From sequence record DRR723986_7683: 58,659 nucleotides of DNA. One strand, given 5' to 3'. Under the pieces are notes generated by a model, which made no database searches, was not told the origin of the DNA, and was given only the letters and a program-made list of their open reading frames with translations. How positions within the stretch are numbered: position 1 is the stretch's first letter; the number at the start of each line of letters is the position of its first letter. The position numbers were made by a program, and so were the translations under genes. This document shows positions 1 to 10,369 of this stretch, piece by piece.

Positions 1-56
1 CAAGAAATCATCCACCGCTTCAGGCCTGAAAGTCATTCTTACGATCCGGATTAACA

Positions 57-827
57 TTAGGGGTGGAAGGTTACATACACGACACTGTCATATTTCAAAC
101 CAAGTAAATCACCTCCGTGTCCGTGATTGATCCCAATTTCTAATAGGTTCAAGCTGTTGAAAAAAGCAAAACAATCGCCAGGCTCTACCTGGTCATATCC
201 ATTATTCAATCTGTTAACTGATTCCCTGCCAAATTCAATGGTGAATTTGCCTGGGTTTAACTTATCGAATACTTCCTTGTTAATATTCGTGATTAGATTT
301 CCATATCGATCTACGCGTAGTACATGTCCAGTTATATGCTCGCGTGTAGCTTTTGGATGGCGGGACATTAGCTTTCGGAAGTTTTTCAAAGGTCCACCAA
401 AATCATGAATGGCAGCTCCACTGGCAACTTTCGCAGCGATGGGTGCTAAAATATCTTTTGTAGGAAAGGTTGAATCTTTCAAGTGTATGTCCGCAAACTG
501 CACCATGATGCCAGGCTCATGATCCGCCAGTAGACTTAAGATCCCATTATTTGGTCCTACAAAAATGTGCTCTTCGAGCTTTACACCAATGTATCCATGG
601 GTGATGCTGCCGGTTGTGTTTAAGGATATAAGATGGACAGTGCCTTTAGGGAAGTCTCGAAATGTAGAACGCAATACAAATGCTGCATGAGCAATATCAA
701 ATGCCTCGATATTGTGAGAAATGTCGATGATGTTTAACTGTGGATTTACGGCAAGCATTTTAGCTTTTACTGCCGGTACGTAGTAATCTTTGTCCCCAAA
801 ATCTGAGAGGAATGTCACCAATGCCAT
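57..827 (-). CDS. SAM hydrolase / SAM-dependent halogenase family protein (DUF62)
   Basis: N-terminal 'TFLSDFG..D.YV...K', 'DISHNI..FD', 'FPKGTVH', 'GPNNG', 'VDRYGNLITN' and 'FNSLNLLEIGIN.G' motifs of the DUF62 family. Confidence 0.85.
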   Translation of the reverse strand: MALVTFLSDFGDKDYYVPAVKAKMLAVNPQLNIIDISHNIEAFDIAHAAFVLRSTFRDFPKGTVHLISLNTTGSITHGYIGVKLEEHIFVGPNNGILSLLADHEPGIMVQFADIHLKDSTFPTKDILAPIAAKVASGAAIHDFGGPLKNFRKLMSRHPKATREHITGHVLRVDRYGNLITNINKEVFDKLNPGKFTIEFGRESVNRLNNGYDQVEPGDCFAFFNSLNLLEIGINHGHGGDLLGLKYDSVVYVTFHP

Positions 828-934
828 AGAAGCAAGTCAATTAAAATTTATGTACTTTTGTTTAGGAGGGGTTGGAACAAAAATAGAAATTTTATTCTTC
901 TACCTTCAACGATAATCTAATCAATAATAACAGT

Positions 935-1924
935 TTGGTCGAAAAAGTAATCACGTTAGAAAATGTTCCCTTGGCAGAATTCCTAGGCGAAGCCAATGAG
1001 AATATCAGGCAAATTGCCGCTGCCTTTCCCCAAAGCAAAATTATTTCCCGAGGTAATGAGATACGAATCCAAGGTGGAGCTCCTGAAATCCTGAGAATTA
1101 ACGATGTTCTCAATCTTTTATTGGAGCATGTAGATCGCTTTGGTCATATCACTCCTGAGAATGTCAAAGACTATTTGGACGTGGAAGGAATTCCATTTGA
1201 AGAAGCCAATCGGGATCAGGTAATTGTTTTTGGGAATAAAGGAATCGTAATCAAGCCAAAGTCAGCCAATCAGAGGAAATTGGTAGAATCTGCGATGCAG
1301 AACGACTTGGTTTTTGCCTTAGGGCCTGCCGGAACTGGTAAGACTTACATTGCAGTTGCATTAGCTGTTCGGGCTTTGAAGAATAGAGAAGTAAAGCGAA
1401 TTATCATTACTAGGCCTGCTGTGGAGGCAGGAGAGAATTTAGGCTTTTTACCTGGCGATCTTCAGGAAAAATTGGATCCGTACTTAAGGCCTATCTATGA
1501 CGCACTTCAGGATATGGTGCCACCGGAGAAACTTAAATATTACCAGGAAACTCGAGTAATCGAAATTGCCCCTTTGGCTTACATGCGTGGAAGGACGCTT
1601 CATGATGCCTTTGTTTTGCTGGATGAAGCTCAGAATACAACAAATGAGCAGATTAAGATGTTCTTAACCCGAATGGGGCCAAATTCCAAAGTAATAATCA
1701 CTGGAGATCAAACGCAGGTGGATTTGCCGGTAAGGCAGAAAAGTGGTTTGTCTGAAGCCCTAAAAATCCTCAAGGATGTGAAAGGGATTGGCATTGTAAA
1801 TCTAAGTGGTAAAGATGTGATCAGGCATAGATTAGTGAAGTCTATCATCGAAGCATACGAGAAAGATCATTATTACAAAGAACAGCAAAGGAATGAGTCT
1901 GCAAGTAGTAAAAATAACCCGTGA
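935..1924 (+). CDS. phoH: PhoH family ATPase
   Basis: Walker A GPAGTGKT, TRPAVEAGENLGFLPG, AYMRGRTL, LDEAQN; TTG start. Confidence 0.95.
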   Translation: MVEKVITLENVPLAEFLGEANENIRQIAAAFPQSKIISRGNEIRIQGGAPEILRINDVLNLLLEHVDRFGHITPENVKDYLDVEGIPFEEANRDQVIVFGNKGIVIKPKSANQRKLVESAMQNDLVFALGPAGTGKTYIAVALAVRALKNREVKRIIITRPAVEAGENLGFLPGDLQEKLDPYLRPIYDALQDMVPPEKLKYYQETRVIEIAPLAYMRGRTLHDAFVLLDEAQNTTNEQIKMFLTRMGPNSKVIITGDQTQVDLPVRQKSGLSEALKILKDVKGIGIVNLSGKDVIRHRLVKSIIEAYEKDHYYKEQQRNESASSKNNP

Positions 1925-2327
1925 CGATCAGCTGAAGGCTGCATATAAGATCAGAGAGCAGGTTTTTGTGATAGAACAGGGCGTTAACCCACAGGCTGAA
2001 TACGATGAGTATGAAAGTCAGTGTTCTCATTTCTTGGCATGTTTGGACGATAGGCCGGTTGGTGCAGCACGATGGAGGATGACGAGTAAGGGAGTGAAGT
2101 TGGAGCGCTTTGCCGTATTAAAAGAAGTGCGTGGGCAAGGCGTAGGGCAGGCATTAGTCGTCGCTGTTCTCAAGGATATTGATGCTAACCCTGAGGCTAA
2201 GGATCACATAAAGTATCTACACTCCCAAATTTCGGCCGTCCCACTTTATTTAAAGTTTGGATTTGAAAAAGCTGGAGATATATTTGAAGAGTGTGGAATT
2301 ATGCACTATAAAATGCAATTGGCTTAA
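1893..2327 (+). CDS. GNAT N-acetyltransferase (ElaA/YjcF-like)
   Basis: IREQVFVIEQG, RGQGVG acetyl-CoA motif, LYLKFGF, 'FEECGIMH'; overlaps the phoH 3' end. Confidence 0.9.
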   Translation: MSLQVVKITRDDQLKAAYKIREQVFVIEQGVNPQAEYDEYESQCSHFLACLDDRPVGAARWRMTSKGVKLERFAVLKEVRGQGVGQALVVAVLKDIDANPEAKDHIKYLHSQISAVPLYLKFGFEKAGDIFEECGIMHYKMQLA

Positions 2328-2453
2328 GTATTGTTGCAAATTTTACAACTCATTATAGAAATATGAAATCGAGCATGGCCAAACCGTTAACCCCTCGGGG
2401 GGTTAGAAGTTAAGCACGGTTCCTTAAGATCATAGAAAAACAATTATAAACAG

Positions 2454-3029
2454 ATGAAAAAAATAACTTTTACTCTCACTCTTATTCTGGCATTAGTGGT
2501 TTCAGGATATTCTCAGGATGTAATTTCTAGTAGCGGAAGTACCACTCCGGGAAATGGCGGTTTTTCAAATGAAATCCATGTTAATTTTCTTAATTTGATC
2601 TGGTTCGGATCACTGGAGGTAGGATTCGAGCGTTATTTGAGTGATGATCATTCCTTGGAATTCAAAGGATTTATTAATGATCGTTTTGGCATTAATAATG
2701 AGAAAAACGGGAAAAAGTACAAGACTAATTCTTTGCAGGCTTCAATGAATTTTTACTTTGGAGATGGTGATAATGGTAGATTCTTTCTATTTCCTTTAGC
2801 TAAACTTCGATTCGGTGATTTTGAAGAGCCTGCTGATGGTGGAGGAGTGCAGACCACGGATATGACGGCATTTATACTTGGGGCAGGAGCTGGATACAAA
2901 TGGGAATTGTCAAAAAACTTCGCTTTTGGCCCTTTTGCTAGTGTAGGCAGAAACTTCAGCGATGATGTTACAGATCGCTTTAGCGGAATAGAATTTAATG
3001 CTGGCTTTAACTTGGGATATAGATTCTAA
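2454..3029 (+). CDS. Outer-membrane beta-barrel protein (DUF3575-like)
   Basis: Signal peptide, alternating beta-strands, C-terminal 'FNLGYRF' aromatic OMP signature. Confidence 0.75.
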   Translation: MKKITFTLTLILALVVSGYSQDVISSSGSTTPGNGGFSNEIHVNFLNLIWFGSLEVGFERYLSDDHSLEFKGFINDRFGINNEKNGKKYKTNSLQASMNFYFGDGDNGRFFLFPLAKLRFGDFEEPADGGGVQTTDMTAFILGAGAGYKWELSKNFAFGPFASVGRNFSDDVTDRFSGIEFNAGFNLGYRF

Positions 3030-3057
3030 GATTTCCCATCCCATCGAATAACGATAC

Positions 3058-3082
3058 AGAGCCCTTTTTGGGCTCTTTTTTT
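3058..3082 (+). terminator. Rho-independent terminator
   Basis: AGAGCCC-TTTTT-GGGCTCT stem followed by a T tract, just after the OMP gene. Confidence 0.8.
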
Positions 3083-3343
3083 ATGCTAAAAATTTTAACT
3101 AATACAGGTGTTTTCGGCAAACTAGCCTGTGAAAAAAGTCCTTATTCTTTAATGGTTGAAACCTTGTGCCATTTGTTTCTTTGTGGTAAAAAATGATTTT
3201 ACGAAGATCAAAGTAATCAAAAAGAGAATGCGCGAATTAAAGAGTTTATGCTGTTTGAAAACGAGTGATCCATAATCGCTGGATTATTTTCCTTCTGTAT
3301 TTTTCAAAAAAATAAAGTAATTTAATTCTTTAATTTTTTGAAG

Positions 3344-5278
3344 ATGAGATTTGCTGACTTTCCATTTTTACGGTACCTGCCATTCATTTTGATAGGGATT
3401 TTTATTGGCCAATCAAATTGGTCACCCAGTTTAATGTCACTGGCACTCGCTCTGAGCCTGCTATGGTTAGGATATTTGATTGTGATGGTAAAGCTAGAAA
3501 AGGGTAAGTCTAAATTTCAGCCCAGTTATTTAGCTTATGTAGCCTTACTAGTATTTGGTGCTTTACTGGTTCAAAATAGGCTGGCTCAAACTGAATTCAA
3601 TACAGAGATACTTCATTCAGACAGCTATCTCGCTGAGGTGACGTTATACGATCAGCAGAAACCTAATTCATTTGAAAACCTGTTGGCGGTCAAATCGATT
3701 TTAGTCGACAGGGTATGGAAGGATGCTCAGGTTAAAGTCTTGATTTATCACCAAAATGAGCAAGGACTTGAGCCGGGGCAAGTTCTTCTGGTCAAGAAAA
3801 AACCGGAGCAAATCCCTTCTCCACTCAACCCCTTAGAGTTTGATTATAGACAGTATTTGGAGAGGCAGGAGATTCACTTTCGCCAGTTTTTAGGCAAGGA
3901 CTACCAGGTAGTTGATTCTGCGAGGACTAGCGTTTTTGACTACTTTTTGGTGCGTTTGAGACATGGAATCGGCGAGATGCTCAAATCCAAAATTCCCGAT
4001 GAGAATTCTGCTCAAATTGCTCTAGCCTTGCTCTTGGGGCAAAAAAAGGAGCTAGATCCAACAATTAGAGAAGCCTACACTCAAGCTGGTGTGATGCATA
4101 TTTTGGCAGTTTCAGGACTTCATGTTGGGATTATTTACGCCCTGTTTATTTTGATCCTCAAGCCTCTCAAATTGAAGAAGGAAAGGGCTAAGTTATATCT
4201 TCTAGTCGTCATTCTCATAATCTGGCTATATGCTTTCCTGACTGGATTGTCGCCTTCGGTGGTTCGAGCTGCTACCATGTTTTCGTTGCTAACCTTCGGT
4301 CAGATGCGTGAGCGGCCTCCTTTGATTTACAATATTCTTGCTTTTTCGGCGATCCTGATGATTACTATAAATCCTGATGTGATCTATGAAGTTGGATTTC
4401 AGCTTTCGTATCTAGCAGTGCTAGGCATAGTGATAATTCAGCCTTTGATTTTGAATCTATGGTTGCCGAGGTATAAAGTTTTGGAATATATCTGGCAACT
4501 CACTTCTGTGAGTGTAGCTGCACAGTTGGTGACTTTTCCTCTTTCTATTTATTACTTTCATGTCTTCCCAACTTACTTTTTGCTAGGTAATCTCCTGATA
4601 CTTCCGCTAGCTTTTGTGATCATGCAAGTCGGTGTTCCGTTGATGATGCTTGGATGGATTCCTTTATTAGGTGAAGTGTTAGGTTGGGTTTTAAGCTGGT
4701 TGATCTGGCTTCAAAATTGGATTGCTGAAGCTATACGAGTGATTCCCGGAGGGAAATTAGATAGACTTACCATTGATTTTGCCGGAATGCTTGTGGTGTG
4801 GGGAATGCTTCTGATTATTGCGGCGTGGGAGTTTGGTTCGAAAAGAAAGTTGACTTGGATAGGTTTGAGCATTTTATTTTTGTGGGCTGGTTTTCGATTC
4901 TATTCCGAACTTCAAAAACCTTCCAGAGAACTGATGATTTATCAAGGCAAGAAATCTCAGTTGCTTGATTTTTCTGTTTCTGGAGAAACTTATTCCTGGA
5001 ATCAAGGTTTGGATGGAGGAGAGATCAGCTATTCTGTGGAGCCCTATCGAATTCATAATCAATTAGCTCAATTTCCAACTTCATTAATCGCACAGGAGCT
5101 AGATTCTGGGAAACTAGAATTCATTAGCGCCGGTTTTACCTTTGATCCAACCCATAAAAAACTCTGGTTTCTAGCTCCTCCAAAATTAATTTATAGTTGG
5201 TCAGAAGGTCAATGGGTTGCGATGCAGACCAAAGATATGTTAGTGGTTGATTCCTTAGCGTACCGAATACTTTTCTGA
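3344..5278 (+). CDS. comEC: ComEC/Rec2 family competence membrane protein
   Basis: 'G.MHILAVSGLHVG', 'GLSPSVVRAATM', 'GFQLSY' motifs; many TM segments; ATG at 3344 (TTG at 3338 is an alternative). Confidence 0.92.
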   Translation: MRFADFPFLRYLPFILIGIFIGQSNWSPSLMSLALALSLLWLGYLIVMVKLEKGKSKFQPSYLAYVALLVFGALLVQNRLAQTEFNTEILHSDSYLAEVTLYDQQKPNSFENLLAVKSILVDRVWKDAQVKVLIYHQNEQGLEPGQVLLVKKKPEQIPSPLNPLEFDYRQYLERQEIHFRQFLGKDYQVVDSARTSVFDYFLVRLRHGIGEMLKSKIPDENSAQIALALLLGQKKELDPTIREAYTQAGVMHILAVSGLHVGIIYALFILILKPLKLKKERAKLYLLVVILIIWLYAFLTGLSPSVVRAATMFSLLTFGQMRERPPLIYNILAFSAILMITINPDVIYEVGFQLSYLAVLGIVIIQPLILNLWLPRYKVLEYIWQLTSVSVAAQLVTFPLSIYYFHVFPTYFLLGNLLILPLAFVIMQVGVPLMMLGWIPLLGEVLGWVLSWLIWLQNWIAEAIRVIPGGKLDRLTIDFAGMLVVWGMLLIIAAWEFGSKRKLTWIGLSILFLWAGFRFYSELQKPSRELMIYQGKKSQLLDFSVSGETYSWNQGLDGGEISYSVEPYRIHNQLAQFPTSLIAQELDSGKLEFISAGFTFDPTHKKLWFLAPPKLIYSWSEGQWVAMQTKDMLVVDSLAYRILF

Positions 5279-5340
5279 GTTTGATTTTGCAATGCATGCT
5301 ATTGAAACTAACTTGATCCCAAACCCAAATTGCGATACAA

Positions 5341-6114
5341 ATGAGCGCTGTACTTACAGAGATCACTGATAAAATAGGAATTATTACCCTGAATAGGGCA
5401 GAAAAGCGAAATGCCCTTAGTCCAGCGCTGATTGCGGGACTTCATCAAGCTTTCGAAGAAATGAATGCCAACGAGAAGGTGAAAATCATTGTGCTTCGAT
5501 CTACTGGAAAAGCATTCTGTGCTGGTGCAGATTTGGCCTATTTGCAGCAGCTGCAAGATTTCTCCTATGAAGAAAATCTGGAAGATAGCCGTAGATTGAT
5601 GGACTTGTTTAATTTGATTTACTGTCTTCCCAAAATCGTGATAGCAGAGGTACAAGGCCATGCCTTGGCTGGAGGTTGTGGTCTGGCGACTGTTTGTGAT
5701 TTTGCTTTTGCAGTGCCTGATGCACTTTTCGGATATACTGAAGTGCGTATTGGCTTTGTGCCAGCATTGGTTTCTGTTTTTTTGCAAGAGCAAATTGGTG
5801 CTGCCAAAACCCAAGAACTATTACTTTCCGGAGAGTTTATTACTGCCAGCAAAGCTGCAGAACTCGGTTTGATTACAGGAGTGGAGCCAGCAGAGTTTTT
5901 GGGGAAATATGTGATGGAATTCGCTACTAAGCTTATTTCTCAAAATTCCGCTTACGCAATGGGCAAAACCAAATCTCTTTTGCGGGAGCTAAACCAAGAA
6001 AGCAGAAATAAATCTCTAGAGCTAGCTGCTGAAACTAACGCCAAAGCTCGAGCTCATGAGGACTGCAAGAAAGGTATTGCTGCTTTCTTAACTAAAAATA
6101 CGCCAGCTTGGTAA
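5341..6114 (+). CDS. Enoyl-CoA hydratase/isomerase (methylglutaconyl-CoA hydratase-like)
   Basis: LNRAEKRNAL, FCAGADL, GHALAGGCGL, EVRIGFVPA crotonase motifs. Confidence 0.9.
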   Translation: MSAVLTEITDKIGIITLNRAEKRNALSPALIAGLHQAFEEMNANEKVKIIVLRSTGKAFCAGADLAYLQQLQDFSYEENLEDSRRLMDLFNLIYCLPKIVIAEVQGHALAGGCGLATVCDFAFAVPDALFGYTEVRIGFVPALVSVFLQEQIGAAKTQELLLSGEFITASKAAELGLITGVEPAEFLGKYVMEFATKLISQNSAYAMGKTKSLLRELNQESRNKSLELAAETNAKARAHEDCKKGIAAFLTKNTPAW

Positions 6115-8037
6115 ATGCTGAATCGGGCTACAGAAATCCTACATCAAGTATTTGGACATGCTGATTTTCGGCCGGTTCAGAAAGAAATTATCGAGTCAGT
6201 TCTGACTGGAAAGGACACCCTTGCGCTTTTGCCAACAGGAGGAGGAAAGTCACTTTGCTATCAGATTCCAGCGCTGACGCAGGATGGAATTTGCCTTGTT
6301 GTGAGTCCGCTAATAGCCTTAATGAAAGATCAGGTGGATGGGTTAAAGGCGAAAGGGATTAAGGCAGCAGCGATTTATTCTGGGATGAGTTATCGGGAGA
6401 TTGACCGTACACTGGATAATTGCATCTATGGAGACTACAAATTCCTATACGTATCTCCCGAACGATTGAAGGCGGAACTCTTTGTGGAGCGTTTTCGGCA
6501 AATGAAAATCAATCTGATCGCAGTGGATGAGGCACATTGTATTTCCCAATGGGGGTATGATTTCCGTCCGCCATATTTGGAGATTGCTCTGATACGACCT
6601 TATCACCCGAAAGTCCCGGTTTTGGCACTGACAGCTTCGGCTACTCCGCAGGTTTGTGCCGATATCATGGAGAAGCTGGAGATGAAAAAGCCGGCAGAAT
6701 TCCATCAAAGTTTTGCCAGGAAAAACCTTAGTTACTCGGTTCGCCTAGTAGAAAACAAACTAGAAAAAGGGCTGGAAATACTCAGTAGGATTGAAGGGAC
6801 TGCGATCTGGTATGTGAGAAATAGACAAGGGACACATCAAATTGCGAAGGCATTGAGCCAATTAGGGATCTCTGCTTTAGCTTATCATGCTGGCTTGTCC
6901 ATGCTGGATCGTGCGAAGCGTCAAGAAGCTTGGATGAAAAATGAAGTTCGGGTGATGGTCAGTACCAATGCATTTGGGATGGGGATTGACAAGCCAGATG
7001 TCCGGGTGGTTATTCATAGCGATTTGCCGGAAAATGTAGAGAATTACTACCAGGAAGCTGGCAGGGCAGGTCGAGATGAAGCGAAAGCATATGGGGTTTT
7101 ACTTGTCAATAATCAGGATTTCGAGACTATACTCAAACGTGCTGCCTTGGTTTATCCTTCACTGGATTTTGTAAAAAGGGTTTACCAGTGCCTTGCTAAT
7201 TATTACCGGATTGCTGTTGGTAGCAATATGCTGAGCAGTTATGATTTTGAGTGGAGTGAGTTTGCGAATACCTATGAACTGGGGGTTTTGGAGACTTTTT
7301 ATGCACTGAAATTATTGGAAGAGGAAGGTTTTATAGGTTTGAGTGAAAGCTATTATTCTCCCTCTAAAATTCATTTCACAGTGGATCCATCCCGCTTGTA
7401 TGAGATTCAGATTGCTTACGCAAAGCTGGATCCTGTGGTAAAAATCATCATGCGAACCTACGGTGGGAATGTCTTTTCCGAATACATCAAAATCCAGGAA
7501 GCTAAACTTGCCAAGTCACTGAATCTTTATGAAAGTGAGGTGATCAAATCACTGAAGCAATTGGAGCAATTGGAGGTGATGGTGTATGATCAGCGCAAGG
7601 ATAAGCCTCAGATTACCTTTTTGACGCCACGTTATGACGCCGGGAAATTGCCGCTAAATTTCAAACGAATAGAACTTCGAAGAGCATTGACTTTGGAAAA
7701 GGCTAAAAGCATGGTTGCGTATGGTCAGCAAAATGAACTTTGTCGGACACAATTCATTCAAGAATACTTTGGTGAAAGCACAGATCATGAATGCGGAGTG
7801 TGTGATGTTTGCATCGCAAACCGTAAGGCAAATGACCCGTTAAAGGCTGAGAATAAGCTTAAAAATAAAATTCTGGAAACTTTAAGCAGCACTGGCGAGT
7901 TGTCTGAGAAGGAGATCTTTGAACGTATTAGGCTTCCTGCCTCTCAAAAAAATCTTCGTGTATTGCGCATTTTGCAGGATCAGGGATATATTACACAAGC
8001 GAGGTCTGGCAACTATGTAATTTCAACTCATGAGTAA
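6115..8037 (+). CDS. recQ: RecQ family ATP-dependent DNA helicase
   Basis: LPTGGGKSLCYQ, VDEAHCISQWGYDFRP, TNAFGMGIDK, QEAGRAGRD, C-terminal Zn site CR...CGVCDVC; no HRDC domain evident. Confidence 0.93.
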   Translation: MLNRATEILHQVFGHADFRPVQKEIIESVLTGKDTLALLPTGGGKSLCYQIPALTQDGICLVVSPLIALMKDQVDGLKAKGIKAAAIYSGMSYREIDRTLDNCIYGDYKFLYVSPERLKAELFVERFRQMKINLIAVDEAHCISQWGYDFRPPYLEIALIRPYHPKVPVLALTASATPQVCADIMEKLEMKKPAEFHQSFARKNLSYSVRLVENKLEKGLEILSRIEGTAIWYVRNRQGTHQIAKALSQLGISALAYHAGLSMLDRAKRQEAWMKNEVRVMVSTNAFGMGIDKPDVRVVIHSDLPENVENYYQEAGRAGRDEAKAYGVLLVNNQDFETILKRAALVYPSLDFVKRVYQCLANYYRIAVGSNMLSSYDFEWSEFANTYELGVLETFYALKLLEEEGFIGLSESYYSPSKIHFTVDPSRLYEIQIAYAKLDPVVKIIMRTYGGNVFSEYIKIQEAKLAKSLNLYESEVIKSLKQLEQLEVMVYDQRKDKPQITFLTPRYDAGKLPLNFKRIELRRALTLEKAKSMVAYGQQNELCRTQFIQEYFGESTDHECGVCDVCIANRKANDPLKAENKLKNKILETLSSTGELSEKEIFERIRLPASQKNLRVLRILQDQGYITQARSGNYVISTHE

Positions 8038-8632
8038 TTTTCTTGACGATTTATTCAACAAAGTATTTAAGTCTTCGGAAAGGACTCCTATGACGCACAA
8101 GGAAAATATTGTGCACAAGGAGTTGGAGATCGAAGATGCGAGAAAATGGATGGACTCTAATGAAGGTAAAGAGTTGATCGCCAGGATTGCCAAGTCGTAT
8201 CATTTCAAAACTATCCAGATCGAAGAGCGCCCGCAGATTCATATTTTGGATTCTAAGTACGCTAGAGGTTTTGCCATAACTTATGATGATCCATTAGATG
8301 AGCAAACATTTTCCTTGCTTTTCTTGGCTTTTGCGCAGCGTGTTCTAGCTTTGGGATATAGGCAAGTGAGTTTGGATAGGAAAATGGAAGAAATAAACGA
8401 GCAGGTGAAAATCACTGATAAGTATTATTTCAAACCTCCGCTCAAAGCACTTGGCAAGAATGAGTTGATTTCTCAGTTATTTGGCAATATTGCTATAGAG
8501 AAAATCACCGTAAATAACCAGCCCAATTACCTCAAGGTGCTAGCGACGTTTTATTCGGATAGGCTATACCAGGATCCAGAACCTTTCGATCAATTTCTTG
8601 ATCACATATTTGAAGCAACAAATGATGGATAG
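8030..8632 (+). CDS. Hypothetical protein
   Basis: 200 aa ORF overlapping both neighbours in an operon; no motif recognised. Confidence 0.7.
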   Translation: MSNFLDDLFNKVFKSSERTPMTHKENIVHKELEIEDARKWMDSNEGKELIARIAKSYHFKTIQIEERPQIHILDSKYARGFAITYDDPLDEQTFSLLFLAFAQRVLALGYRQVSLDRKMEEINEQVKITDKYYFKPPLKALGKNELISQLFGNIAIEKITVNNQPNYLKVLATFYSDRLYQDPEPFDQFLDHIFEATNDG

Positions 8633-9176
8633 AATTACATTAAAAGAGCAACTAGGCAGATATCGGACACCATATGAGGAAGAGGCGAGTTTTATTCAAT
8701 GTTTTTTGGATTTGACGGAAGATCCGCTTGCTTATGAAAGAGCCCGCTTGGAAGGCCATTTCACAGCTTCTGCTTGGATAGTGAACCGCAAGCGTACGCA
8801 TACTTTGCTTACACTTCACCGCAAACTCGGCAGATGGCTTCAGCTAGGTGGGCATGCGGATGGAAATGAGGATTTATTGGAAGTAGCCATGAAGGAAGCT
8901 GAGGAGGAAAGTGGATTGAAGAGTCTGGAGTTTGTGGACAAAACGATTTTTGACTTGGATAAGCATATTATTCCAGAACGTCCACATGTACCTGAGCATT
9001 TTCACTACGATGTGCGCTATATTTTGGAGGCAGACTTATATGAGCCATTGATTAAAAGCGATGAGAGTATTTCTTTGGCTTGGGTAGCATTTGATTCAGT
9101 TCAGGATGTGATCGGTTACAATCCTTCTATTCTACGAATGCTTGAGAAAACCAGTAAATCAGAAATTCTTCTTTGA
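8622..9176 (+). CDS. NUDIX hydrolase
   Basis: GHFTASAW, 'HRKLGRWLQLGGHADG...AMKEAEEESGL' Nudix box; likely start ATG at 8622 or 8625. Confidence 0.9.
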   Translation: MMDRITLKEQLGRYRTPYEEEASFIQCFLDLTEDPLAYERARLEGHFTASAWIVNRKRTHTLLTLHRKLGRWLQLGGHADGNEDLLEVAMKEAEEESGLKSLEFVDKTIFDLDKHIIPERPHVPEHFHYDVRYILEADLYEPLIKSDESISLAWVAFDSVQDVIGYNPSILRMLEKTSKSEILL

Positions 9177-9613
9177 TGATTAAGTTTGACCCTGCGCAGT
9201 TAGAGCGCGAGATCACATTTTCCTTACCTATTCAGATTAGATTCTCAGATATTGACGGCTACATGCATGTCAATAATGGGATATATTTCAATTACTTCGA
9301 ACATGCCAGAGCGGTTTTCTTGGAGCAGGTTTGTCAATGGGATATTATGAAAGTAGGCTGTGTGGTCGGCCGAATTGAAATGGATTATTTCCGGCCTATT
9401 CATGTAGATGATACCCTCAAAGCCTTGGTGAAATGCAGTAGAATTGGAAATTCCTCCTTTGATTTAGAGCAATATTTGGTGGGAGAAACGAAGACTGGAG
9501 AGCATTATACATTTGCAAAAAGTAAATGCATACTGGTCTCTGTAGATATGAAATCGATGAAGCCCATGCCGCTTCCAGAAAACTATAGGGCAAAACTTCA
9601 GTCCAATTCCTGA
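9173..9613 (+). CDS. Acyl-CoA thioesterase (4HBT/YbgC family)
   Basis: 'IRFSDIDGYMHVNNGIYFNYFEHAR' hot-dog fold motif. Confidence 0.9.
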   Translation: MMIKFDPAQLEREITFSLPIQIRFSDIDGYMHVNNGIYFNYFEHARAVFLEQVCQWDIMKVGCVVGRIEMDYFRPIHVDDTLKALVKCSRIGNSSFDLEQYLVGETKTGEHYTFAKSKCILVSVDMKSMKPMPLPENYRAKLQSNS

Positions 9614-9654
9614 TTTCAAAGACGCAATCCTTATCTTTGCGCAAAATTTAAGCC

Positions 9655-10368
9655 GTGAAAAAACTTTGGATAATTACCTTGCTATTGGCAGGATTGATGG
9701 GCTGTAGCCCAAGTGAAGAGGAATTGGTACAAGAAGGAATCCTTCAAATGGATGCTCAAAATTGGAGTGGAGCAATTACGCTTTTTGACCGAGCGCTTGA
9801 GATCAATCCGGAAAATGCACTGGCCCTGAATGCAAAAGGAGCAGCACTTTTTCAGGAAGAAAAATTTGAAGAAGCAGTTCCTGTTTTTACAGCTTCAATT
9901 CAGGCGGATTCCGCTAGCTATAAGGCATGGTTCAACCGTGGAAATGCCAATTTGAAACTGGAGAACTTTAAAAATGCAGTGTCTGATTACAACATGGCTA
10001 CTTTGCTTGATCCATCTCAAACAGATATTTACTACAACCGTGGACTGGCTTTGTTAGGCTTGGAGGAATACGAAGATGCACTACTCGATTTTGACCAAGC
10101 ACTTAAAGTAGAGCCAAACCAAGCACTTGTTCACTTCAATCGTGGAAAAGCACTTTTAGGAAATAATGATCCAGGAAATGCAATGAAAGCCTTAACTGAT
10201 GCGATCAATTTGGATGGGAAAAATGGCGCTGCCTATTACTTACTTGGCGTGACAAGAATGTCCGCGTTGGGAGAATCTGAAAAAGAAGAAGGATGTGCAG
10301 ATCTTAAGATGGCTCTTCAACTTGGATACACTGAAGCTAAAACTTGGATAGACGATTTCTGCGAATAA
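9655..10368 (+). CDS. TPR-repeat lipoprotein
   Basis: Lipobox 'LMGC'; repeated 'A..NRG.A...L..Y..A..DF..A' TPR units; GTG start; TATCTTTG -7 box at 9632-9639. Confidence 0.85.
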   Translation: MKKLWIITLLLAGLMGCSPSEEELVQEGILQMDAQNWSGAITLFDRALEINPENALALNAKGAALFQEEKFEEAVPVFTASIQADSASYKAWFNRGNANLKLENFKNAVSDYNMATLLDPSQTDIYYNRGLALLGLEEYEDALLDFDQALKVEPNQALVHFNRGKALLGNNDPGNAMKALTDAINLDGKNGAAYYLLGVTRMSALGESEKEEGCADLKMALQLGYTEAKTWIDDFCE

Positions 10369-10369
10369 G

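Noticed and set aside
57-827. Possible fluorinase/chlorinase
   Set aside because: Housekeeping context beside phoH with no biosynthetic cluster; the widespread SAM hydrolase-type DUF62 is more parsimonious
3344-5278. ComEC lacking a clear C-terminal metallo-beta-lactamase domain, possibly truncated
   Set aside because: The ORF is intact with no frameshift evidence; ComEC without that domain is common, so it is not called a pseudogene
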